A stretch of 30,393 bases of DNA from Octopus sinensis (lineage: Eukaryota). Shown here piece by piece: positions 1 to 10,841 of this stretch. The position numbers and the translations under genes were made by a program. The notes under the pieces are model-generated. The model worked only from the letters and a program-made list of their open reading frames with translations. It did not search any database and was not told the DNA's origin. Every line of letters begins with the position of its first letter. The first letter of the stretch is position 1. Location of the stretch: NCBI RefSeq assembly GCF_006345805.1, contig NW_021832874.1, positions 1 to 30,393 on the forward strand. The letters run 5' to 3'.

Positions 1-924
1 CACTCTTTGCATAAGATTTGGGACATTTAAAGTGAAAACTGTTGGGTCAGAGATCGTGAAATGTCAATGAGATTTTCTTGGAGACAGGCTTACAGTAGTG
101 AGTAAATGAAAATAGAAATGGAACTCTGAGGGGGAGAGAGAGAGGTTGAATAAAAGGATGAAGCTAGAAGTTAGCTTTGTGATGCCGTGTTTTTGTGGAG
201 GATAATAAGGGACAGTTATCGAACCAGTTGTTTTACCGAATTGAAGAGATTGGAGGAGTTTTTACAAATGTGTGTGTGTGTGTGTGTGTGTGTTTGAGCG
301 TATAACCACGATGTCGAACGGTGGTTGTCGTAGTTATTAAGATTGTTTCAGCAGTTGTTTAACCCTAGGTAAATGTGTTGTCAAATAAATTCCAACCGTG
401 CCGTAATCATTCTGTTTTTTTCCGCATTCTTCAACTTGCTGTATCTTAGACTGCATTGTCCAATGTGGCCTTCCTTTCTGAAGATGATATGCAGTAATCT
501 AGCAGCTATTTCATGCAGGTCGACCTGTCACACAGTGGCTCCATGGTTGAGTCTTCTTCTTATTGTTGTTGTAGGGGTCCTAGTTGACTTTATATTTCTT
601 TCTGCTGCCATCTTGTATACCTACTATCATTACTAGTATACCTACTATCATTACTGCTGCTGTTGTCATGTAGTGCTGTTGATGTCTTATGTCACCTTCG
701 TACCGACAGGATAACAGTGAATGCAACAATCATTAATATAGAATTGTATCAGCACATGTATGCTCCACCCATGACCATCCCGCTCTACTCTCGAGCCCAG
801 AGTATCTGGGACTATACTATCGAATGTATCTCTCCATTTTCAAGTCAATAGTCTAACGCGATGGAGATTCGGCTGCTATTTCTAGCAAGAGAGCAATCAT
901 AGACATTCTCTGGTTATAATTATT

Positions 925-1135
925 AGTGATGTTGGTGTTGCTGTTGTTGTTACTGCTGCTGCTGCCTTCCATGCTGTTTTGATCCTATTGTTACTGCCGT
1001 TGTTGTAGCTACTGCGTTTGTTGTTGCTGTTGTGGTTGTTGTTGTTGTTGTTGTTTCAGTTGTTTTGCTGCTGCTATTGCTGTTGGTGTTGTTCAAACTG
1101 CTGCTGTTGCTGTTGCTGCTGCAGCTGTTACTCCT
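925..1135. repeat. Mixed (GTT)/(GCT) trinucleotide low-complexity tract
   Basis: Directly visible imperfect triplet repeats; explains the poly-V/L ORF 1032..1283. Confidence 0.85.
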
Positions 1136-1483
1136 GCTCCTGTGTTGTATCCCTCCTCCCCCTACACTTCATGTTCCAGTGATGCAATATGCACAACCTG
1201 CTCCTGTTTACTCGGCGTTTCCAGTCAAAATAATAACCGCCGGCATTATCGTCTGCCTCAGTGAAAAACAAATCAATAAATAGCAGGCAGACGATTCTTC
1301 TTAACCAACCAACGAAAACAAATCTTCAAAAAATAAAGCAGAGACTCCAATTTTTCCTATAAACATAAACATTAAGAATGTTCTCACAAATTTAGGAATG
1401 TTTTATAAACCTGCTGGTTATTTTGTTATCATTAATTCCATAGCTATACGCCGCTCTTTCAATTCATAATGTTTTATCTGTTT

Positions 1484-1710
1484 ACTCATCATCACCATCA
1501 TCATCATCATTATCATCATCATCATCATCATCATCACTATCACCATCATTGTTATCATCATCATCGTCGTCGTCGTCATCATTGCCATCATCATCATCGT
1601 CGTCGTAATCATCATCATCATAATCCTCCTCTACCTTCTCCTCCTCATCCTCATCACCATCACCATCGTCATCATCATCATCATCATCATCATCGTCATC
1701 ATCATCATCG

Positions 1711-1753
<43 letters not shown>

Positions 1754-1884
1754 TATCACATCACTATTACTGGTTTGTTTTGCGTAAGGGGAAGGCGTCA
1801 ACATTTCAAATTGTTCGACGAGAAGAAATGAATAGGCGCCAATGGTAACACCTCCTCCTCATCATCATCAACATCATCATCATC

Positions 1885-1934
<50 letters not shown>

Positions 1935-2030
1935 ATATCAACAGCAACAATGGTCGCAACAGCAACGACGACGATGATGGTGTTGATGATGATGATGATG
2001 ATTGGTGGTGGTGGTGAGATGATGATGACG
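1484..2030. repeat. (CAT)n/(CGT)n microsatellite blocks followed by a short (GAT)n block
   Basis: Directly visible; explains the poly-His, poly-Ser and poly-Met ORFs. Confidence 0.95.
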
Positions 2031-2163
2031 TGATGAATAAAGATTAAAGTTTATTGAGGAGGCGGATTAAGAATGAACTGGTGATGTTGTGTCGTTCAAA
2101 CCTTTCCACGAGCAAAAATCCAACTAAAATTTAACGGACATCATTATAATTAACTCATTAAAC

Positions 2164-2177
2164 GTCTCCATGGTAAC
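2164..2177. promoter_or_regulatory. Candidate RFX X-box
   Basis: GTCTCCATGGTAAC fits GTYNCYATRGNAAC, in non-repetitive sequence. Motif match only. Confidence 0.3.
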
Positions 2178-2544
2178 ATAACAAACAGCCAGATCTTTGT
2201 CTCTGATGGCACAACAACCAACGATGACCTTCGTAATTCATTTTGCTCAAACCCCGTTCTTAACATGACCTTCCCTGCTGAGAGGTAAATCGCTTCTTTT
2301 GTGGAGGTTGATCGGTTTGTTCGAAATAATAGCAAAAACTACATCGAATTTTACATCGCTGTCTTGTCTTAGAAATGACACATTGGGTCATGTAGTCCTC
2401 GATAGACATACATCGCCGCCCCCGCTTCGCAAAAGTAAACGCAGCCGATACTTACAGATCGCTTCCATCATTGATCAGAGGTTAGCTTGATCACTGATTG
2501 ATTTACAGCCGATATCTTCTGTATGGAATATAAAGTATATGGAA

Positions 2545-2580
2545 ACAGAGAGAGAGAGAGAGAGGGAGAGAGAAAGAGAT

Positions 2581-2618
<38 letters not shown>

Positions 2619-2811
2619 GGAGGGAGGGAGATAGACGGACAGACAGAAAGAGGCAGGGACAGAGACAGAGAAACAGTGAGGGAGATTGAGAAAGGGAGAC
2701 GGAGAGAGACTGAGATACACACACACGGACAGAATTTGAGAAAGACAGAGTGAACGAGAGAGAAAGGGAGAGAGAGAGAGGAAAGAGAGAGAGAGTGAGA
2801 AGGAGAGAAAG

Positions 2812-2846
<35 letters not shown>

Positions 2847-2963
2847 AGAGAGAGAGAGAGAGATAGAGAGATAGAAAGAGAAATACGGTGAAGATAGAGA
2901 GATAAAGAGAGGGAAAGAGATAGAGAGTGAACGCGACACACGCACATACACACACACAAGGAA

Positions 2964-3005
<42 letters not shown>
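2545..3005. repeat. Compound (GA)n/(TA)n/(CA)n/(GT)n microsatellite
   Basis: Directly visible. Confidence 0.95.
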
Positions 3006-3007
<2 letters not shown>

Positions 3008-3129
3008 AGCGGAGAGGAAAGAAAAGATGGATTAGTTATTGCATCTATCGTAGAAGTGCGGTGTGCAGGTTCAATTCCTGGTTGAACTTTATTCTTCACA
3101 TCATGAGAAAAAATTACTACAAACTAGAC

Positions 3130-3770
3130 ATTCTAATTAGTACAAAATTAAAACCAGTTAATTCACAGAAAATAGGCTATTACAAAAAAAATTGTATTAG
3201 TGCATAATTAACAATATAATTAGTACAAAAACTACACAATATGATTTCTACATGAACAGAATCTTCATTATGGGAGTTTAATTAGTATAAACTGGAGATG
3301 AACAATGTAATTAGTATACATAATCAGTTTAGTTAGTATACAGTTCAATTTGTAGTGTTTAAACAGTTGAATTAATTAAATTAGTACAGAACGGATTGTT
3401 TAAATTAGTGGAAAGTTTAACTGGTACAGAATTGATATTTTAATGAATAATCACAGAACATTTAATTTATAAAAATTAGATAATTTAATAGGTAGATAAT
3501 TAAATGATTTAATTTTACTAAAATCAGTGGTCAGCTTAATTAGCGCAATATTTTATTAGTAAAGCAGTTTAATTAATGAAGAATTTGATTTGTAGAAAAG
3601 CATAAAGGCTCTTTAATTAGTGTTAATTTTAAAATGATTAATTGGTAAAAATCCTAACTTTATTTGTTATACAAATAACACACATTTACAAAAAAAAAAC
3701 AAAAACAAAACAAAATAAAACAAAACAAAAAATTTCAAAGCATAAAAAACAAACCATTAGTAGAAAATGA
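3130..3770. repeat. AT-rich decayed minisatellite with recurring TAATTAGTA(CA) core
   Basis: About a dozen variants of (CAGTT)TAATTAGTAYA at irregular spacing, e.g. 3133, 3216, 3275, 3307, 3325. Confidence 0.55.
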
Positions 3771-3803
3771 TAAAAGTGGAAAAATGGTAGAATGTCTAGT
3801 ATA

Positions 3804-4319
3804 CGAAAGTGAGTCAAAAAGTAATGCCGTTTTGTTTAGGAGCAACACAGGAACATGTATCATACATCAAAATGAAGCTGGTCCTCTGTGGATCACATCC
3901 CTGCTTCTCAACAAAGTCACCGTTTCTCTCAATAGCAATGTTCCACCGTAAAATTCTGTTGACTGTTCTTTCAGACACTTCTTCACTACAGTTTTCACTT
4001 TATCGTCACTGGAATAATGTTTCCCTCTCAAACACTCTTTCATGGCGCCGAAGAGCTGATAATCTGAAAGCGCTAAATCTGGTGAGTGTGGAGGTAGTGA
4101 AGAAGTGGCTCAAAGAACAGTCAACAGAATTTTACGGGGCAGGGATACATGCTTTCATTTGAAGGTGGAACATTGCTATTGAGAGAAACGGTGACTATGT
4201 TGAGAAGTAGGGATGTGATCCACAGAGGACCAGCTTCATTTTGATGTATGATACATGTTCCTGTGTTGGTAATTATACCTGCCTTAAACAAAACGGCATT
4301 ACTTTTTGACTCACCCTCG
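3804..4319. mobile_element. Mariner-derived fold-back MITE with TA target duplication
   Basis: Ends CGAAAGTGAGTCAAAAAGTAATGCCG / CGGCATTACTTTTTGACTCACCCTCG flanked by TA (3802-3803, 4320-4321). Arms 3804-3989 and 4094-4319 are inverted. The minus strand of the spacer and left arm reads LPPHSPDLALSDYQLFGAMKECLRGKHYSSDDKVKTVVKKCLKEQSTEFY, matching the mariner YSPDLAPSD motif. Confidence 0.92.
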
Positions 4320-4778
4320 TACAAGTGCGACAGAAGTACAAGCACAGAAGTACAAGTAGCGGCAGCTAGATAGCTGAATGATCTCCCTTGCAAGAAAGAT
4401 TATAGAGTCACCTCCCTTTTCTAAGTTTCTCGAAGCATCTCTATCATGAGACGTCTTAATGATTCTTAATTATTCAAGAAGCTTAGCGTTTCTCTTTGAA
4501 ATTTCTAGAGTGTCTAGCGTTCCATTAATAAAAAAAAAACCCAGCTTACTAACCCAGCTTTTCGCTTCTTAGTCGATTAGACTTAGAGCCATTCACATCA
4601 TTGCTATGTCCATCTATTTCTCTACGCCACATGACTGAAAACCACCACTTAGCTGTTATTTCTACATTTCCTATCTCTGAACTTTCTTACACAGATTACT
4701 TCATTCAACTAGATTCTACATTTTGATTCTACGCATCATCATCGACCAGTAAATAAAATATATTTCTATATATTTCTA

Positions 4779-4997
4779 GGCGGCGAGCTGGCAGAGACGT
4801 TAGCACGCCGGGCGAAATGCGTAGCCGTATTTCGTCTGCCGCTACGTTGTGAGTTCAAATTCCGCCGAGGTCGACTTTACCTTTCATCCTTTCGGGGTCG
4901 ATTAAATAAGTACCAGTTACGCACTGGGGTCGATATAATCGACTTAATCCGTTTGTTTGTCCTCTCTGTGTTTAGCCCCTTGTGGGTAGTAAAGAAA
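4779..4997 (+). mobile_element. tRNA-derived SINE, family A (GGCGGCGAGCTGGCAG head), full length, Tx1-like tail
   Basis: B-box-like GAGTTCAAATTC; many homologous copies in the window; 12-bp TSD TATATATTTCTA at 4767-4778 and 4998-5009. Confidence 0.9.
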
Positions 4998-5049
4998 TAT
5001 ATATTTCTATGTGAATTTATTCTTCATCTCTTTATGGATTTTGTAATAA

Positions 5050-5310
5050 CATACACGCAGCCACATCAACACCTTGTTCTGACTATATATTTGCACTACA
5101 CTTCTTTCACATCCACCAGGTTTTTGAACTTCTATTTCTTTCACTAGAACATTCTATCTTTCGTAATCAGACAATTGTGACAGGATGCATTTTAAATTCT
5201 TTTGAAGTAGCAGTTATTGTTCCTGGCATCAGTTTTCCATTCTTTGAATCTCCTAACAAATATTGCAATGCTTCATTTTGCGTATCAGTTGTCATTCCGA
5301 GTTTTACCTT
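5050..5310 (-). pseudogene. Decayed N-terminal fragment of a mariner-like (plant-type/DD39D-like) transposase
   Basis: Minus strand 5295-5167 reads MTTDTQNEALQYLLGDSKNGKLMPGTITATSKEFKMHPVTIV*LRK, resembling the LL.RS.NGKL..GTI...A..F.V...TI.R.WK HTH region. The stop TGA sits where CGA (Arg) is expected. Recognised from memory only. Confidence 0.45.
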
Positions 5311-5852
5311 ACGTCTTCTTAAATTTCCAACAATGCTTGATATTTTCTATTAAAATGTAAAAACAAACCAGATGGTGTGACAATATTTCCATTTCCACTT
5401 CGATTTTAAAGAATTCCTTAGAGACACCAAGCATTATTTAAAAAATAATGTCTCTCAGGCTCAAAAATAACAGTAATTTATAAATAGGGTCAATAATCAC
5501 ACGGATTATATATTTACAAATGTTACGATAATTTATGGAACAGAGGAAGTATTTGGTATGGGTGTCAGGTGACTGTTTAACTCTAAGCCAGGCTCAGTCA
5601 AGCAGATGATTAAAGATTTATGATTAAAGACTTTCCGTCTTCTGTATGCCAAAAACTACATTGTTATATGTGACCAATTTCAACATCTACAATTTTTCAT
5701 TCTTTCCCTCCCTCCGTCCCTTCTTCTCTTCCTCCTTCCGTCCGTCTCTCTTTCCCCCTCACTGACCTCCTTCTCCTCATTGACTCTAAGGAAGATTTGG
5801 TTACTATATCTAGCAGGTAGAGTATTCCGAAATTAGCTTGTTATTGTTTTAG

Positions 5853-5853
5853 C

Positions 5854-5885
<32 letters not shown>

Positions 5886-5904
5886 CAGCAGCAGCAGCAG
5901 TAGT

Positions 5905-5948
<44 letters not shown>

Positions 5949-5960
5949 TAGTAGTAGTAA
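5853..5960. repeat. (AGT)n/(AGC)n compound microsatellite
   Basis: Directly visible. Confidence 0.95.
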
Positions 5961-6901
5961 TAGTTGATGTTATTGTAGTGTTGAGAGATTCTCAGCCACC
6001 ATATCTATTGGAAGAGATCTAAAACCTTTCTAAAGTAAAAAGAAGATGGAAGGAAGAAAAAACAGAAAAGATGAAGGTTTTGTTCGGGCGTCGTTGTAAT
6101 GAGGATGGCAGCCATCAAAGGAAATCTGCGTTCATTATGTAAGGAAGCCGCACAAAACACCGGGATCTTGCCATGCCCCTCGCTTTGTCGTTATTACACA
6201 TAACCCAGTGAACCCCCCCCCCACCTCTTTTGTAACGCTTTCCTTGCTGGCACACAAACAACAATAACAGCAAAGTACTATTTAGAGAAGGATAAATAGT
6301 GAGACGCAGATGGAGAGAGAGAGAGAGAGAGGGAGAGAGAGAGAGAGAGAGAGAGAGTAGAAGAGAGAAAGAGAGAATGGTGAGATAAAGAGATTGCAAG
6401 AAAGCCATGTTTGTCGGTTAGAGTATCCATTATAAAATCAACTTCCGGTGAGAGAGAAAGGGAACAAATAAAGAGAGTGAAAGGTTGTATAAAGAGAGGG
6501 ATCTAAAAGGGGAAGAGGGCGGGTGTAGATGGAGGGTGAAGAGGTGAAGAGAAGGAGAAGGAGAGATAGAGAGAAAGAGAGAGAGAGTGAGAGAGAGAAT
6601 AGGTGTAGAATCTAATTTGATACCTGTCAAGTCAAACCGGTTTTTAGTGACATCATTACCGAACTTCAATTCATTCGTGGAGTATATCACGTGACCTGCA
6701 TTTGTCAATCTTCCTATCCTGCATTAAATCTCTTTTAAATGATCCTTTGCCACATTTTGCTCGCCTAAAAGAAAAATAAAGAAGAAAGAAAGTAGTAATT
6801 CAGTCCTTAATATAATGGCGTCCACGGAAATACATTTGTTTTCAATCATCTGCGATCGTTTGTGCAGACATAAGTATATCTGTCTCTTAATGTATTTAGC
6901 T

Positions 6902-7085
6902 ACCAACCAACCAACCAACCAACCAGCTAGCCAGCCAACCAGCCAACCAGCCAACCAACCAACCAACCAGCCAACCAACCAGCGAACGAACCAACCAACA
7001 ACCAACCAACCAACCACCCAACCAGCCAGCCAACCAACAAACCTACCGACCGATCGACCAACCAGCCAACCTACATACCTACTTA

Positions 7086-7124
<39 letters not shown>
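6902..7124. repeat. (CCAA)n/(CCAG) tetranucleotide tract plus (TA)n
   Basis: Directly visible. Confidence 0.9.
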
Positions 7125-7128
<4 letters not shown>

Positions 7129-7564
7129 AGAAATTAAATATAAATTACAAAATGGGACAAGAACGCAAAAACACACAAAGAGACGGCACAAAAAACAGAC
7201 GGGTCACTCGAAGCCCCTAATCTTCAGCCGGAAACCGGATCATCTTAGCAATTTCGGCTGATTAATCCTCGATATCGCTCCGATACGGCCATATATGTAT
7301 GTATATAAATAGACAGATATTGATAGATAGATAGATACATACATACATATACATACACGTACACAAGCGCACGCTCATACATATATTTCTATATACCAGA
7401 CATCAAGCATTTCGCCATTTTCCTTTTCCCCCTCTAATTTCCAGCTTTTTTTTCCTGTTTCTTTTTGTTTTTTGTTTTTTTTTTGTTTTTCAGTTCTCTC
7501 TTTGTATTTCTATCAATTTGAAAATTAGGAAAATAGGTAGTTATTGTTGTTGCTGGTGTTGTTT

Positions 7565-7596
7565 CCTCCTCCTCCTCCTCCTCTTCCTCTTCCTCT

Positions 7597-7628
<32 letters not shown>

Positions 7629-7712
7629 CTCTTCTTCTTCTTCTTCTTCTTCTTCTTCTTCTTCTTCTTCTTCTTCTTCTTCTTCTTCTTCTTCTTCTTC
7701 TTCTTCTTCTTC
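7565..7712. repeat. (CCT/CTT)n microsatellite
   Basis: Directly visible; source of the poly-E/K/F ORFs. Confidence 0.95.
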
Positions 7713-8080
7713 CATGTAAGCCAACATTGTATTGTCCTGCACCGTCCCATTGTTATTTTTAACCCTGTGTGGTGAAAAAAAACATTATTATTATTATTAT
7801 TTTATTATTATTATTATTATATTATTATTATTATTATTTCGTGCGGGCCAAGAAGATGTTATTTACGACTCGTTTCAAAGAAGAAAAGATTTTACCAAAA
7901 ATTCTCTCATGCTGAGAGTTTGGTTTTGTATTTTACGAAAGTTGATAGACGAGATAATGATTGAGGAATATTTCCTGCAACACCCGTTAATATAGAACAA
8001 CCGATAATATGGAAAATAATGTGGAAAACAAGCAAAAACTGAATATTCATTTAAATGAAACGCAAAATATTACAAATAAA

Positions 8081-8474
8081 TCTTTATATATAAAAGTGAG
8101 GTTGTGTGCTGTCTGTCTCCTACAATTTAGATTCCTAACTACTCCCACATTTTGCGGTGCAGTTTAACCAAAACCGGGTATCTTATAGTTGTGATTCATA
8201 TCGAGCCCTTCTGGGTATTAGCGCACGTCTACGATGAGTCTACGATTTAAAAAAAATTTACCATCAATTTCCCCCATTTTTAATGCATTTTTGGCATATA
8301 TAAGGGAAGTAACTCTCTAAAAATTTATAATTAAATCTCAGAACGTAAAAAGCTACAGTAACGCCCCCCTTTGTGGTTAGCCATATTGAGATGGCTATTA
8401 TACTTTAAATCTCTAAAAATGCTTATATAGTTATTTCCCTTACAAACCCGAGCAACGCCGGGCGATGCTGCTAG
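8081..8474 (+). mobile_element. Non-autonomous canonical Helitron (394 bp)
   Basis: Begins TCTTTATATATAAAA after A8080 and ends CTAG before T8475 (A|T insertion, no TSD). GC-rich hairpin CCCGAGCAACGCCGGG at 8447-8462, 8 nt before the CTAG. Confidence 0.88.
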
Positions 8475-8970
8475 TACTAACTAAAAAACAAACAAGCAGA
8501 AAAAATAACCAGACATTTTAATGACTCGGGTTAGTGATGTCAGCAAAAACATCACCACCAGCACCACCAGCACCACCACCAACAACAACAAAAACAACAA
8601 CAACAACAACTGCAACAACAACAGTATGCATGCGTGTGTAAGCGTTTGTTTGGGATTTTGTTCTGAAGGGAGACAGAAATCTCACCTCTTAGGTTATCGA
8701 TCAACTGAAAACTTAGACCAAATCCTTAAAGCAAAGTAGATTCCCCTTGATGGCAACCGAATGCCAGAAACGGACTAAATCTGCTGCGCAAGAACATGTA
8801 AGTCAATCTGACGGGGTTTCTGCGCTGTTTCCATATTTCAAATTCTACAAAACTTTCGTCGACCTGTGACTCTTGCAGTTGAAACTTGCCCCAGGTGCCT
8901 CGCAGAGGAATCACACGCAGGATTATAATGGTTTTAAAATGAAGGATTCAGTAACGGAACCCTGAAACAT

Positions 8971-9376
8971 ACTCTTTTACTCTTTTACTGGTTTCAGTCA
9001 TTTGACTGCGGCCATGCTGGAGCACCGCCTTTAGTCGAGCAAATCGACCCCAGCACTTATTCTTTGTAAGCCCAGTACTTATTCTATCGGTGTCTTTTGC
9101 CGAACCGCTAAGTGACGGGGACGTAAGCACACCAGCATCGGTTGTCAAGCAATGCTAGGGAGACAAACACAGACACACACAAACACACACACACATATAT
9201 ATATATACATATATACGACATGCTTCTTTCAGTTTCCGTCTACCAAATCCACTCACAGGGCATTGGTCGGCCCGGGGCTATAGCAGAAGACACTTGCCCA
9301 AGATGCCACGCAGTGGGACTGAACCCGGAACCATGTGGCTGGTTAGCAAGCTACTTACCACACAGCCACTCCTGCG
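8971..9376 (-). mobile_element. tRNA-derived SINE, family B (CORE-like body, internal (TA)/(TG) microsatellite, GAGTAAAA tail)
   Basis: Head GCAGGAGTGGCTGTGTGG, B-box GGTTCAGTCC, TTGGGCAAGTGTCTT CORE-like block; homologous to 11415, 14698, 19073 and 30103. Possibly the octopus OR2-type CORE-SINE (unverified). Confidence 0.88.
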
Positions 9377-9653
9377 CTGGGTATTCTTTGCAATTGACTT
9401 AGATATCAGGTTTTTGTCTTTAAACGGTTTCTTTTCGATGAAAGGAATGTTTTGTGGTTTTTGAAAGTTTTTCTGAAATCCGTGAAACAGACGAGGTTGG
9501 TGTTAGTCTTAACCCACAGAAAGAAATACCGGGGATTAACGCATTGAGTCGGAAGGATTCGTCTGGAGATCTGATGGTGATAACGAGAAATGGAGGCGAG
9601 CGAGCGATTTGGATGAACCTGGTAGAGATAGCAGGAGGGTAGTTAGAGGTAGT

Positions 9654-10100
9654 CCATATGAGAGGTTCTCTCATAGTAACGATCGCAGTATTTTGTGTTC
9701 TAATACAACATCCACTTTTAAGTGTGAGATAAATATTACTTTTTGGTATTAACACTCAATCTGTCGTCGCTATTAGTTATCTTTTTAATAATCCCTCTAG
9801 GTATTTGCAACACCAGTGCCTGGTGTCATTTAGGCAATGAGATTTAATGTCTATCGCTAACGGAGTAGTCGCTGCTATTTCCATCAGTCGGATGTCTGCC
9901 ATTGACAAGGTCTGGAAAGGCCGAAATCACGTGATCTGGTAGTCCGGGCGGTGGCGATGGCTGGTGATTATCTCCCGCAAGCGATATAAAAAAGAGTGCT
10001 TATATGCACCAAAAGACCATATGAGAGGTTCTCTCATGACGAATAACGCGGTATCCCGTGTTCTAATACAACATCCACTTCTAAGTGGGGATAAATATTA
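9654..10100. repeat. Two ~85-bp imperfect direct repeats (9654-9738, 10017-10100)
   Basis: Shared identical blocks CCATATGAGAGGTTCTCTCAT and GTGTTCTAATACAACATCCACTT; offset 363 bp. Confidence 0.85.
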
Positions 10101-10364
10101 ACTGGAGAGCACGGTAGTAGTGGTGGAAAAAGCAGGGTTGGGACATAGCAGGGTGGAGGGCCTGGAATTGGAGTGTAATGTGGAGTGAGTGTATACTTGT
10201 CAATTGGTTGGCCTATTTCAAGATGAATGCGACAGAGTGTGAGTCGGACAAGGAGTATGTGTGAGGGAGATGGAAGGGTTCATTATCCTGTGGACAACCC
10301 AAGAGAGACTGGAGGACTGCAATGTCGCCATTGAATGACGTATCGATATTATGGCAATGATTAA

Positions 10365-10573
10365 AGCGGCAAACGGGCAGAGTCGTTAGCACGTTGAGCA
10401 GAATGCGTTGCGGCGTTTTGTTCGCCTTTACAGTCTGAGTTCAAATTCCGCCAAGGCCGACTTTGCCTTTCATTGCTTTGGGGTCGATAAAATAAGTACC
10501 AGCTGAGCACTAGGGTCGATGTAACTGACCTACACCCCACGCCTACCGTAATTGCTGCCAAAATTTGAAACCA
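10365..10573 (+). mobile_element. SINE family A, diverged, tail variant 2 (AATTGCTG..CCAAAATTTGAAACCA)
   Basis: Homologous to 4779-4997 over head and body. Confidence 0.8.
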
Positions 10574-10593
10574 TTAATAATAATAATTATTAT

Positions 10594-10791
10594 TATTTCT
10601 TTACTACCCACAAGGGGCTAAACATAGAGGGGACAAACAAGGATAGACAAAGGGATTAAGTCGATTACATCGACCCCAGTGCGAAACTGGTACCTTATTT
10701 ATCGACCCCGAAAGGATGAAAGGCAAAGTCGATCTCGGCGGAATTTGAACTCAGAACGTAAAGACAGACGAAATACGGCTACGCATTTCGC
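10594..10791 (-). mobile_element. SINE family A, 5'-truncated, Tx1-like tail
   Basis: Reverse complement of the 4779 copy; lies tail-to-tail with the 10365 copy. Confidence 0.88.
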
Positions 10792-10792
10792 C

Positions 10793-10838
<46 letters not shown>

Positions 10839-10841
<3 letters not shown>

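Noticed and set aside
1248-1295. 11-bp inverted repeat ATCGTCTGCCT/AGGCAGACGAT as a pre-miRNA
   Set aside because: The stem is too short, with a 26-nt unpaired loop and no extension.
1418-2033. Poly-His and poly-Met ORFs (likewise poly-D/I/E/F/N ORFs at 7434, 11755, 12089, 13033, 21545)
   Set aside because: Stop-free frames of triplet microsatellites, open on both strands, with no non-repetitive protein content.
7205-7290. Possible further hammerhead family (related piece at about 29900-29970)
   Set aside because: The minus strand has GCCGAAATTGC but no recoverable CUGANGA core in either copy; at most a degenerate PLE-like repeat.
8735-8780. Hammerhead-like TGGCA-ACCGAA-TGCCA-GAAAC
   Set aside because: The upstream sequence CCCTTGA does not match CUGANGA and no stem I can be formed.
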